64,000 nucleotides of DNA, taken from NCBI GenBank assembly GCA_002269645.1, contig NIVC01000093.1:434001-498000 (forward strand). Reading direction: 5' to 3'. The position numbers were made by a program, and so were the translations under genes. This stretch comes from Macrostomum lignano. Taxonomy: Eukaryota. How positions within the stretch are numbered: the first letter of the stretch is position 1; every line of letters begins with the position of its first letter. This document shows positions 54,153 through 64,000 of this stretch, one piece after another. The notes beneath the pieces are model-generated. The model had not been told where the DNA came from. It saw nothing but the letters and a program-made list of their open reading frames with translations, and made no database searches.

Positions 54153-54452
54153 GGGCTTGCAGCCTAGTGGTTAGAGCGTCGGACGCACAACTGAAAGGTC
54201 GGGGGTTCGATTCTCGACCATCTCGACAAAAATGTGTCCTTGAGCAAGACACTTAACTCTGCATTGCTTCAGTTCACCCAGCTGTAAAATGGGTGCCAGC
54301 ATTAGCTGGGGTAATTGAGGGTGTGTGTGGCGACCCCCTAGTTGTTGGACTGAACAGCCATACACAGCCTTCAGATGCGCTATGCAACAGCTGCAGCTGT
54401 GCTGTCAATTGCACATCTGCCCATTAGGGCAGGTTTAATTATTATTATTATT
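54153..54452 (+). mobile_element. tRNA-derived CORE-like SINE, best-preserved copy
   Basis: A box tagtggttagagcg, B box ggttcgattc, core gtgtccttgagcaagacacttaactctgcattgcttcagttcacccagctgtaaaatggg, (att)n tail. Confidence 0.88.
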
Positions 54453-54867
54453 AAATTAAAACTTGGTACAGTATCACTAGAACAGCAGAGGGGCAACAAA
54501 TATTCTGTCTTGTATACTACAACAGAGCCATGCTGCTACCATATCACAGTATAGTTTAGTTGTAACACTATAGTTACTCCCTGAGGCAGTCTCAAAGGTT
54601 GGTAAAACCAGCCTATTCAATTTTGTATACTAACCACAGCCAACTCTGCTTAACTTGCAGAACTTTCATAATTTATAATTGTCATTTGTTCTAATTTTAA
54701 AAAACAAATGAAGAACAAAATCAAAGAAAAATCTGTTCATTTGATTTAGTAGACAGGTAAAATTCAATAAAATTTATTTATCAAATAAATGTTTAACTGC
54801 CAGCTGACCTGGCTAGCATAAATTGATAGACTAAAGGTAAGTTAAAAAATTGACAAGCACATCTAAA

Positions 54868-55060
54868 TGGACTAGGAAGCCACCATGCATATACTCAATT
54901 ATCCTAGCTAATGCTAATACCCATTTTATAGCTAGGTGAACTGGAACAATGCAGAGTTTGAAGTCTCTTGCTCAAGGACACAAAGTATTCTATGTGGTTT
55001 GAGAATCAAACCTCTAACTTTTCATTTGTAAGTTCAACACTAAACCTTAGGCTACACCCC
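54868..55060 (-). mobile_element. Heavily C-to-T/G-to-A mutated, 3'-truncated copy of the same SINE
   Basis: Reverse complement reads gtagcctaaggtttag..gtttgattctca..tgtgtccttgagcaagagacttcaaactctgcattgttccagttcacctagctataaaatgggtattagcattagctaggataattgag. Confidence 0.85.
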
Positions 55061-56326
55061 CTAATAAATAAAACTAAGGACCAAAATTTGAAAAGCCAAA
55101 AAATCAAATATAATAGATGATCTGAGATAATGATTAGAGCACTACTCAAGTTCACAATAATGATTGGCTTTATACTCAATTTGACTAGACTTTCACAAAA
55201 ATGAAACATTTTTGCATGTAATATAAAAATTATTTTGTAAATATTTGCCTCTTTTTCTTTCTATTTTTTTAGTCTTTTTTCTTGTATCATTTATTTAAAT
55301 TATTTTTTTGTTTCTGAAAATAGCATAGCTATTTATAATGAATTATTTTATAGCTCAAAATAATTTAAGCAAAAAAGGTCTATATTGAATAAAACTATAA
55401 AGGGAAATTTCATGAAAGCATATTATAATTTAAATGGATAAACTTTCAAACTAATTTTGTTTACCTAGCAATTTTGCAAATAAAATCATATAGCTATAGC
55501 TTTAAATTAATTAGTCTACAAATAACATGTATATCTAATAGGCATATGAAAGTCTAAAAAGTTTTTTGCAAGGTTAAAAATTATTTTTATTGTATAAATT
55601 ATCTTTTGACAAAAATTTATAACTTAAATGATATTGCTACACTCAGATAGCTGACTTATAAAACTAGCTTTTTAGAAGTCATAGTCTATATCATGTCTAG
55701 GCTTATGCTAGAGAAAAAGCCCAAGGTCATAATGTCTTTTTACCTGAAAAAAATTAAGCATAACTAGTTTTACTGTGAATATACAATTATTTTTTGTGTT
55801 TTATGGAATTGAATAAAATAGTCTAGATTATGTTTGACCTTAGAGTATAGCATATATAATTAAATATATAAACATTATTTTGTTATGCAGTTGTTCATCT
55901 AGATCATCAAGTTTATCTTACACTTATTAGGTTTATATTAAATTTAGTTTTTTATTTAAATTTGTAGAAATTGTCAGTCAAATCAACTTTATTCTTAAAA
56001 AGAAACTTTAGAAAAACTTAAAGTTAAAACTGTTTTTACATTTTAAAAAATGTATTTGAAGACACTTGAATAATGCAACTAAAAAACCTATATTGTTTTA
56101 TTTAATTTTTTTACGAAAAACTGACTAGCTATAAGTTATTTGCCAAAAGCCTTGCTTTTTATAGCTTTATTTGGCAAAGGTTTTTTTCTTTTACTTCTTT
56201 GATAGACAAGTGGCAAAAGATATACATCAAGATCAAAATGTATATAGAAGACCTTCCAGAGGGATTGCATTGCAAATATTGGCACCAATGAATCTCCTTA
56301 TGCAAAATTGTAACACTGGGCCTAGC

Positions 56327-56621
56327 CATACATGTGCAACCTCCAAAATTTGGTCAGCCGTGCAACTTAGTTTTAACAAAAATATGACGTAATTTTTGGC
56401 CAAAAATGCGACTTACATATAAAAAACCCTAAAGCAAAATTAACGTAACTTTGGGTAAATGGCAGGAGTAATTCAACTGTCTTATTAATCCAAAATGCCT
56501 CGCCAGCTACTTAGCACTATTACTTTGGGTTTTTCCAGGTGGGTATTTTTGCGACTTCCTAGGTTGGCCACCAGATTGGTTGGCCGGATTGGCCGACTTG
56601 GCCGATTGTTGCATATGTATG
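56327..56621. mobile_element. 295-bp MITE, P- or hAT-like
   Basis: TIRs catacatgtgcaac / gttgcatatgtatg (one mismatch), flanked by the exact 8-bp direct repeat ggcctagc (56319-56326 and 56622-56629). Confidence 0.8.
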
Positions 56622-58260
56622 GGCCTAGCTGTCCTTGGTTGCTAGGGATTAGCAAAATAAGAAATATATTTGGATACCTAGACCTCTTTGCAACTAATTT
56701 AGGAAAGTCAAAACCTAATGCATAGGCCTATCTAGTAATAGAAAGATCTACAGGGTAATTTAAAGACATTAATATGTCTTTAAAGACATAGGTAAATGGT
56801 GACATTATCAAATATTTTATTTCATATTTTAAAGCATGCATATCCAACTACTAGCTGACCTGGCCATAAATTGTAGTAGACTAAGGGTAAATTGTAAAAA
56901 TGCTTATCCAAAAGGATATAGATATAGTACTAATTAGATGCTTAGGCATTCAGCCTTTTAAGATAGTCATTGTTATTATTTTATTTACCCAAGATTGCAT
57001 TAATTTTAGGCCCCTTCCTATTATAGGATTTCTTTCATAGATAAGTTGCATTTTTTGGTCAAAAAGTAAGTTATATAGCTAGTATAAATCAAAGGATTAT
57101 CTAGACTCTGGAAGGTTACATGCACACCAGAAAATTCCAATGTACAAATGACCCCTTTCAAAGTTGGTATACAAATTTTGGCATACAAATTTGGGTGAAT
57201 AAATTCATGCCATGCATAAAAATTGTAATGTAAATTTACATTTTATATAAAATAAAGGAAAATTTATATCATTTAAAAAGTCAGTGATGAAGTTTTTGCT
57301 TCTTTAAAATTAACAATAGATAAAAATAGTATAATTTACTGCTAAGAATTTAAATTTTATATCATTCTTTCTATAGGTTTAATTTAAGTTTGTTTAAAAT
57401 GAAGATGTTTGTAATATTTTGAAAATACTTTTTGTATGAAAGCCTTTTTTAGGAAACTCTACTTATGAAAACCAAATGAACTTTTATTAAGAGGAATTTT
57501 TAGTATACAATTTGGGGAAGTTTTTTTTGTATTTGGCGTACACTAGTGTATATTAAGTTGAGATTGGATTCTTGTTCTAGCATACACTAGGCCCTACTAT
57601 ACAATCTGGACCCTAGAAGGTTGTCTTATATATATACTAAAAAAATCTAGTGTACAATAGACTTGAAGAAATGGTAGGCCCTAGGTATAAAGTATCCCAT
57701 GTATAGAATAATCTGTCAGAAAATTCCACTATAGAGCTGACATTTGTGACATAGGCCTAGCTATTAGCATATACAAACTACAATGTTATAATGTAATAAA
57801 GTCTTCTATTGTTGCAATACAAAAAGGTCCTATATTATAGCAATGCTTTTTGATAATGTCTAGGCCCTTGCTATATAGATCATAACTAAATTTATTTTTT
57901 GGCATAAATTTGAATTAATGGTATAGTACTATGACTGATCATTTTTTTAGCATACCATGTAATAGATTTAAAAATGTGGTCTGAGCTTTAAAATTGCTCA
58001 TTTGCTCAATATTTGGCTCTAGTTAGTCTTAGATCATTTTTATGTCATTGTCTAGTCTACCCTATTGCCTTATTTACCTTTCTATACAAAAATTATTCAA
58101 CTTTATTAGTTTATTTTAAAGCTAGGCCTAGGTCTAGTTGATAATAGGGCTTACACAAATACAAACACACTGGACATTAACACTTGGAGACTAGAGGCCC
58201 CTAGGCTAGGCCTAGGATAGGCCTAACTAAATATTGCATACAATATGATTATTAATATTA

Positions 58261-61200
58261 GGCAGTGCTTATCCCCACGGTACCGTAGGAATAATTTCTG
58301 TCTTATTCCAACGGTACCGTGGGGATAATTTTCTGCTTATCCGCACGGCACACTGACGAGATAGCTGCCTATCTTCTACATATGCCGTGGGTTCATAATT
58401 TAGTTTAGTACTTACGGTTTGAGTGCAATATAACAACATAACTTTGCTTGGCTATTATTTTGATACAAGTAAAGATTTAATGGCCTTTTTACGCAAAAAA
58501 CACTTTTTTGTATTTATGACGTATGATTTAAGATGAATTGCTCTAGTAATTGTTTACAATTTAAGAACTTTTAGCAACTAGTCTAATCCCGACATCCCCG
58601 AAAAGTCCATTGCCGCTGCTTCTGTAGACTTCTTACTAGACATGTAAATTCTCAATTTGTTTGTATAGATTATTGCATTGCTTCAACAATTCACCCGTGC
58701 GGATAAGCAGAAAATTATTCCCACGGCATATGTAGAAGATGGGGCAGCTATCTCGTCAATGTGCCATGCGGATAAGCAGAAAATTATCCCCACCCCAGTG
58801 AAAAAAATGATATGGATTCCATGTGGATTTTTCATATGAAATCCATATGTGCATTTGTCTCCGTCCATCCATGTGGAATCAAGATATGGATTCCACATGG
58901 AAGATCCATATGGAAGTAATTATGTATTTCACATAGAATCCACATTGTCATTGAGTAAGCAGCCATTATACTGGTTGCCATAATAAATTGTTGCATCCTA
59001 AATCTCAAAATAATACCAGATCTCAAAATTTCATACGAACCCCAGATCTCAATACCATATAAAAGAAACTGAAACACAGATAAAACACTAGCTATAGCCA
59101 AAAATATTTCTGCACAAAAATTCAAAATTCAATATTTAAAAACGATGTAAGGTGTATTTATGTACAGTAGTGAGTCATTGGCACACAAAGAATAAACACA
59201 CTGATGTAAATATTGATATCTTTAGAGTTGCACTGCGCATATGATATAATATATAATTTGAAATTGACATTGTCAATAGCATTAATTAATTAACAATAAT
59301 ATAATGTATCAGAATTAGAACAGTCAAAAACATGCTGCTGCCAATTGCCAGAATGCTGCTTCTTCAGGTCAGGTGAGCAACCTTAGAAAAGAAAGGGTTT
59401 AAATTACAGAATTTTATAACAGATTGATGACAGATTTTATAATAGATTTTGATAGATTTTGATGACAGAAAAAAATCAGTTTATAACTAAAACTTACCAT
59501 TGCTTCACAAAAGGTAGCATTTGAGATATTAAATTCAAATTCCAAGTAGCTTTGCAAGCTTCTTCAAATGCAAGACCAAGGTGACATCCAAGTTTGAGGA
59601 TGGGCCATGTAATGTTAGGCTGAAATAAAATAGAAAAATAATTGTTGCCAATTAAGATTGATAAATAATATTGATATAATTCATAAAACTAATTTATTGA
59701 TGAATACTTATAAAAAAAGTTTATTTTAAAATTAACTAGGCCTAAGTCCTAGGTTTATTTTTTATGCGCAAAGTATGCATATGCACCCTAAATTTTAAAA
59801 TCCCACCTTGAAAATTGAAAATAAAAAGTGGATACAGTTTAGGTGCGATCTCTTTACCTATTTTTTGTTGAAGCCTTATTTGCACTGCCTTCATATAAGA
59901 AAAAAGAGAAACTGCATTCTAAGCCTTAAAATTATAAAACCCTGAAAGTAAGCATAGGGTATGATTTTGCACCTTGTCTCTAGCAAAAAAGAAAACTCTA
60001 CCTAAGTCAATCAATAAAATTACCAATAAAATAATAAGTACAAAAAGAATTAATAAATGTTTCTATAAATTTAATTTTTTATTTTAAAATTGATTTTAGA
60101 CTATAAAGTATTTAGGCAAAGCAATGCATGTTTTTTATATTTGCTAGCCTAGTATGATTAAACATTAGGCCTAAGCGGCCTAAGCCTAAATAGCTATGCC
60201 CTATGGCTATTAAATTCTGGTCTTGGCCTAAATCAGATCAAATTTACAATAATTTAATACTTATTTATAATAGCAACCTTAGGGGTCTGCTAGGCTAGCT
60301 ATGCCAAAAGCAAGTTGCAAGTGTAATTGCAAAGAATTATTTATTATAATTAATAATATCCATATACTAAAAATGAAAATCTTGCTTGTTTGTATGCAAT
60401 TGATTAGAGAAAAATTGTTTTTAAAAAATGCAACAAGTCCAAAAGATGCTAATAGGCTTTTTTGAAGAAAATCATAAATTAATAGATTTTTAACAGATTA
60501 ACTAGATTGACTAGTCACAATTCACAAAGTCAAGCTAGTCCTAACCTTAATTAAAATAGAAGGACCTAAATTTTAGGCTAAATTGATAGTTATAGGCCTA
60601 GCTTAAAATAGGCCTAATGAGCATACATATAAATAGATAGGTAGGACTAAGAGGAAATTATGAACTTCTAAAGGCCTATTCAAGTTAAAAAATGAGTAGC
60701 CAATCTATGGACATGGCCATGGGATTCCTAGAAATTGGATAAGCCTAAATAAATTTATCATGGATTTTAGGCCTACCAAAAGTATTAGGCCTATCTATGA
60801 TAAAATACTGATTTATCTAATTTCTAATCCCATGGAGGCCATGGCCTTATAACTTATAAGTTATTGCCTATAGGCTAGGTCTACTAAAATTTTTAAGGTG
60901 CTTAAATAGCCATAAACAAGGCAATTTATGTTTCAAGGCCTTGAACCAAGACATTGACGAATATAAAATAAAATTAATTTCATTTTAAAAAGCACGAAAC
61001 GTTTTTTATTGTTTACTTCTATTTTGTCTATTTTAACAAACAGTGTCTTATTGTCCGATTATAATTTAGCTTTAAGATATTAATTTTTACTTAAAAGCAT
61101 ATAAATATAATAATTTATTATAGTAATTTCATAAAAACGTCTGAATGTGGTGTATCACAGTTTTTTATCGAAGTGGATTCCATGTTGAATCAATATACGC

Positions 61201-61453
61201 TTATTTCTCTTGAATTCCTTGTAAAATCCACATCAACATTAGGACAGTAAAAATAAAAAAATAATGCATAAAAAATACTTTGCATACCATTATGTCATCT
61301 TTAAGTCATTAATTTGCAAAAATTAAAGAAACATTTAAATTCCACATGGCCACGTGGAACCCACGTGGAATCCATAAATCATTTTTCACTGGGACGGTAC
61401 CGTTGGAATAAGACAGAAATTATTCCTATGGTACCGTGGGGATAAGCACTGCC
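58261..61453. mobile_element. PIF/Harbinger-like MITE (~590 bp, ~130-bp TIRs) interrupted by a 2.6-kb insertion
   Basis: Termini ggcagtgcttatccccacgg.. / ..ccgtggggataagcactgcc with a TTA target duplication on both sides. The left TIR 58261-58391 matches the right TIR split into 58720-58793 plus 61396-61453. Confidence 0.85.
58794..61393. mobile_element. Non-autonomous CMC/EnSpm(CACTA)-like DNA transposon nested in the MITE TIR
   Basis: Termini cccagtgaaaaaaatga.. / ..tcatttttcactggg (fit the CMCWR consensus), 2-bp AC duplication, subterminal ccatgtgga/ccacatgga/ccacgtgga repeats; no transposase ORF seen. Confidence 0.78.
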
Positions 61454-61654
61454 TTAATATTATTCTTATAATCTTAGCCTGTGGCCCTGGCCTATTAGGC
61501 TAGCTAGGGGCCTAGGCTAAAAATTAAACTTATATTTATATATTGGTATGATGTAGAATTGTACATACTGGCAAAATTGCAGATAAAAATTTCAAGTAAT
61601 TGATATTCAAGGCAAACTTTCAAATTTGAAACAAAAGTTGGGCCTTGGGAAACA

Positions 61655-62285
61655 AAACGTGAGGCTCGCCCAACTGCCCATCGAGGCGCTGCGCATCCAC
61701 TGTGTGGCCAGTGAGGTCGCCAGAGTGATGAATTGCGTGCTCTTCGGTGAGGAGGCACCCAACGAATGGACCACGGCGCACATCGTCGCAGTTCCTAAGA
61801 AGCCGGGCACCACGAGGCTTGAAAAGCATCGAGGCATCTGCCTTCAGTCCTGCGCTGCGAAGTTGTTTAACCGGATGCTGTTATCGCGGTTGCAGCCGGT
61901 GCTTTATCCGTACCTTCGTCCTGAGCAGAACGGCTTCCGGCCCCATCGCGGCACAGTGACGCAGATCCTGGCTTTTCGGCGAGTCATCGAGGAAGCACGG
62001 ATACGCCAGTCGATCCTGATTGTTATCTTCATCGATTTCAAGAAGGCATTCGACTCGGTTGTCAGGTCTGTGCTTCCTAAGGTGCTCCGTGCATATAACG
62101 TGCCAGAGCAGCTGATTTCCGCCATCATGGCGATGTACCGTGATACGAAAGTTGCTGCTTCAACACCAGAAGGCCTATCGGACTACTTTGAGACATCCTC
62201 CGGGGGCGTTCAATCGCGACCTGGCCTTAAGGCGCGCCCTGTGACGCTAACTGCGTATTCTGTTGTTGTTGTTATTTTTGTCGTT
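61655..62285 (+). mobile_element. Non-LTR retrotransposon (RTE-like) fragment: N-terminal half of RT fused directly to the element 3' end
   Basis: EWTTAHIVAVPKKPG..HRGICLQSCAAKLFNRML..EQNGFRPHRGT..FIDFKKAFDSV..YFETSSG. Then ctggccttaaggcgcgccctgtga and a (ttg)n tail shared with the minus-strand copy. Confidence 0.9.
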
Positions 62286-62589
62286 AACATCCGATATGGC
62301 TCAAAGGTGGAATTTTTGAGATTCAAGGGGAATCGTTAAGATCCAATATGGCTCCGATATAGCTGAGATTCCATGGCTCAAGACTGGATTGCTGAGATTC
62401 ATGGCTGAAGGCGGAATTGCTGATTCGTATTTGTAACTAGCATTTCTTTGTCCATGCTTATAATATCTTTACTTATCAGCAGGGGCGTCGCCACAGATTT
62501 TATGATGGGGGGGGGCAAAGCCAAGAATTCTACATGTACATGCTTAAATTCCTAAATGTACATCATTTTTAGAATCGCTATTGTCAGCG

Positions 62590-63060
62590 CTCATTTTGGC
62601 GCCGCAGGCACGCATAGCGCCGCAGGCACTCATTTTGGCGCCGCAGGCACGCATAGCGCCGCAGGCACTCATTTTGGCGCCGCAGGCACGCATAGCGCCG
62701 CAGGCACTCATTTTGGCGCCGCAGGCACGCATAGCGCCGCAGGCACTCATTTTGGCGCCGCAGGCACGCATAGCGCCGCAGGCACTCATTTTGGCGCCGC
62801 AGGCACTCATTTTGGCGCCGCAGGGACTCATTTTGGCGCCGCAGGCATGCATAGCGTCGCAGGCACTCATTTTGGCGCCGCAGGGACTCATTTTAGCGAC
62901 GCAGGCACTCATTTTGGCGCCGCAGGCACTTATTTTGGCGCCGCAGGCACTCATTTTAGCGCTGCAGGCACCATTTTAGCGCCGCAGGCACTCATTTTAG
63001 CGCCGCAGACACTCATTTTGGCGCCGCAGGCACTTATTTTGGCGCCGCAGGCACTATTTT
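62590..63060. repeat. 21/39-bp minisatellite between the two LINE tails
   Basis: ttttggcgccgcaggcactca alternating with tagcgccgcaggcac. Confidence 0.95.
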
Positions 63061-63094
63061 TCGTTGCCCTGCAGCAAAATTATTTATTTTCATA

Positions 63095-64000
63095 ACAAAA
63101 ACAACAACAAAATACACTGGATAGTCTCTAGTGTCACAGGGCGCGTCTCAAGGCCAGGGTGCGAACATAGACCGCTCCGCCGGCAGAGTCCGAGGCGCCG
63201 GCGTCAGCCAGCAGGCAGTCGACGAAACGCCGAGTGCGCGCCTGTCCTCACCGGTAGGGTGCCTGCAGCATGAGCAGCAGCATCTCCTGCACCGGCTGTG
63301 GGCAGTACGACTCGGCGCGGATGATATGACCTGCCAGCTGGAGTCGCCGACGGCGCAGCAGGTCACTTGGACGGGCCAGGCCGGCGCGGCGATAGAGTGC
63401 CGCGTTGGTGACTCGCTCATCGCCGATCTTGAAGGCGGCGCGCAGCAGACTTGATGTTTGAACGAGTCTGTCAGCGTCCAGGTCTCGGCGTTGTAAAGCA
63501 GGACGGTTTCGACTAGCGCCTGGAACAATGCCGCCCTCTGGCGGTCCGGAAGGGCCTCGGACTGCAGGACCGCCCTCACAGAGCGGAAGGCAGCCCAGGC
63601 AAGCCCGCGGCGACGACGCAGATCCTCGGGAGCGTCTGGAACCAGACCGCCGAGGTAGACGAACTGCTGACATCGCGGAAGTTCCGTTGCCTGTCCGTCA
63701 GCGCCTCGGCATAGGATAGCAGCCTCGATGTCGTCCGGCACCCACAGCACGACGGTCTTCTGCGCGTTGATCATCAGGCCGACACTCGCCGCAACAGCAA
63801 CCAGTCGATCAAGCTGTCGCTGGGCGCCCTCAACGGTAGAGGACAGCAGGGCGAGATCGTCGGCGTAACCAAGCACGCAGAGCCGCCTCTCCGGTTGACG
63901 TCGACCCACGCGTCGCCGCAGCAGGAAGCCATCGTCGTTGGAGGGAAGTGCAGTCCGTAGCACCCAGTCAAGCGCCAGCACGAACAAGAACGGCGCTAGC
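63095..64000 (-). mobile_element. Non-LTR retrotransposon (RTE-like), C-terminal RT half and 3' end, inactivated; continues beyond the right edge
   Basis: LAPFLFVLALD..GYADDLALL..GLMINAQKT..FVYLG..LLYNAETWTLT, a frameshift near 63455, LRRRRLQLAGHIIR, an in-frame TGA at ~63248, probable true stop gccctgtga, (ttg)n tail. Confidence 0.92.

Noticed and set aside
54153-54225. tRNA gene
   Set aside because: It has A/B boxes but no convincing cloverleaf, and it is fused to a core and tail repeated elsewhere, so it is a SINE head.
61655-64000. Single LINE with a twin-priming 5' inversion
   Set aside because: The geometry is wrong: the opposite-strand piece lies beyond the 3' end, and both pieces have their own 3' tail.

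Overview
This is eukaryotic (animal) genomic DNA. GC-rich exons with poly-Ala/Gly tracts, huge (GATA)n arrays and minisatellite-filled introns suggest a free-living flatworm such as Macrostomum; the species is my inference. By translating by hand and joining GT(GC)-AG junctions I reconstructed six recognisable intron-containing housekeeping genes, all on the minus strand: BOP1/Erb1, RIC8, ENGase (GH85, with two -1 frameshifts), RNASEH2B, a DENND2/ST5-like Rab GEF, and the 5' part of a valyl-tRNA synthetase running off the left edge. There is also an unresolved mitochondrial-presequence-like gene fragment and one plus-strand WSC-domain gene that appears to use 9-13 nt micro-exons. Almost every long intron holds its own tandem array, about 30 different units in total. 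The right end (54.4-64 kb) is a transposon graveyard: tRNA-derived CORE-like SINEs, a P/hAT-like MITE, a CMC/EnSpm-like element nested in the TIR of a Harbinger-like MITE, and two convergent RTE-like LINE fragments. Best leads: a domain with CpG and CAG-to-TAG decay suggesting non-CpG methylation or RIP-like mutation; an RNASEH2B that seems to need the spliced-leader AUG as its start, inside a co-directional operon-like cluster; the micro-exon WSC gene; and minisatellites made of splice-site sequence. Most long ORFs in the supplied track are repeat artefacts. No CRISPR, rRNA or true tRNA was found.
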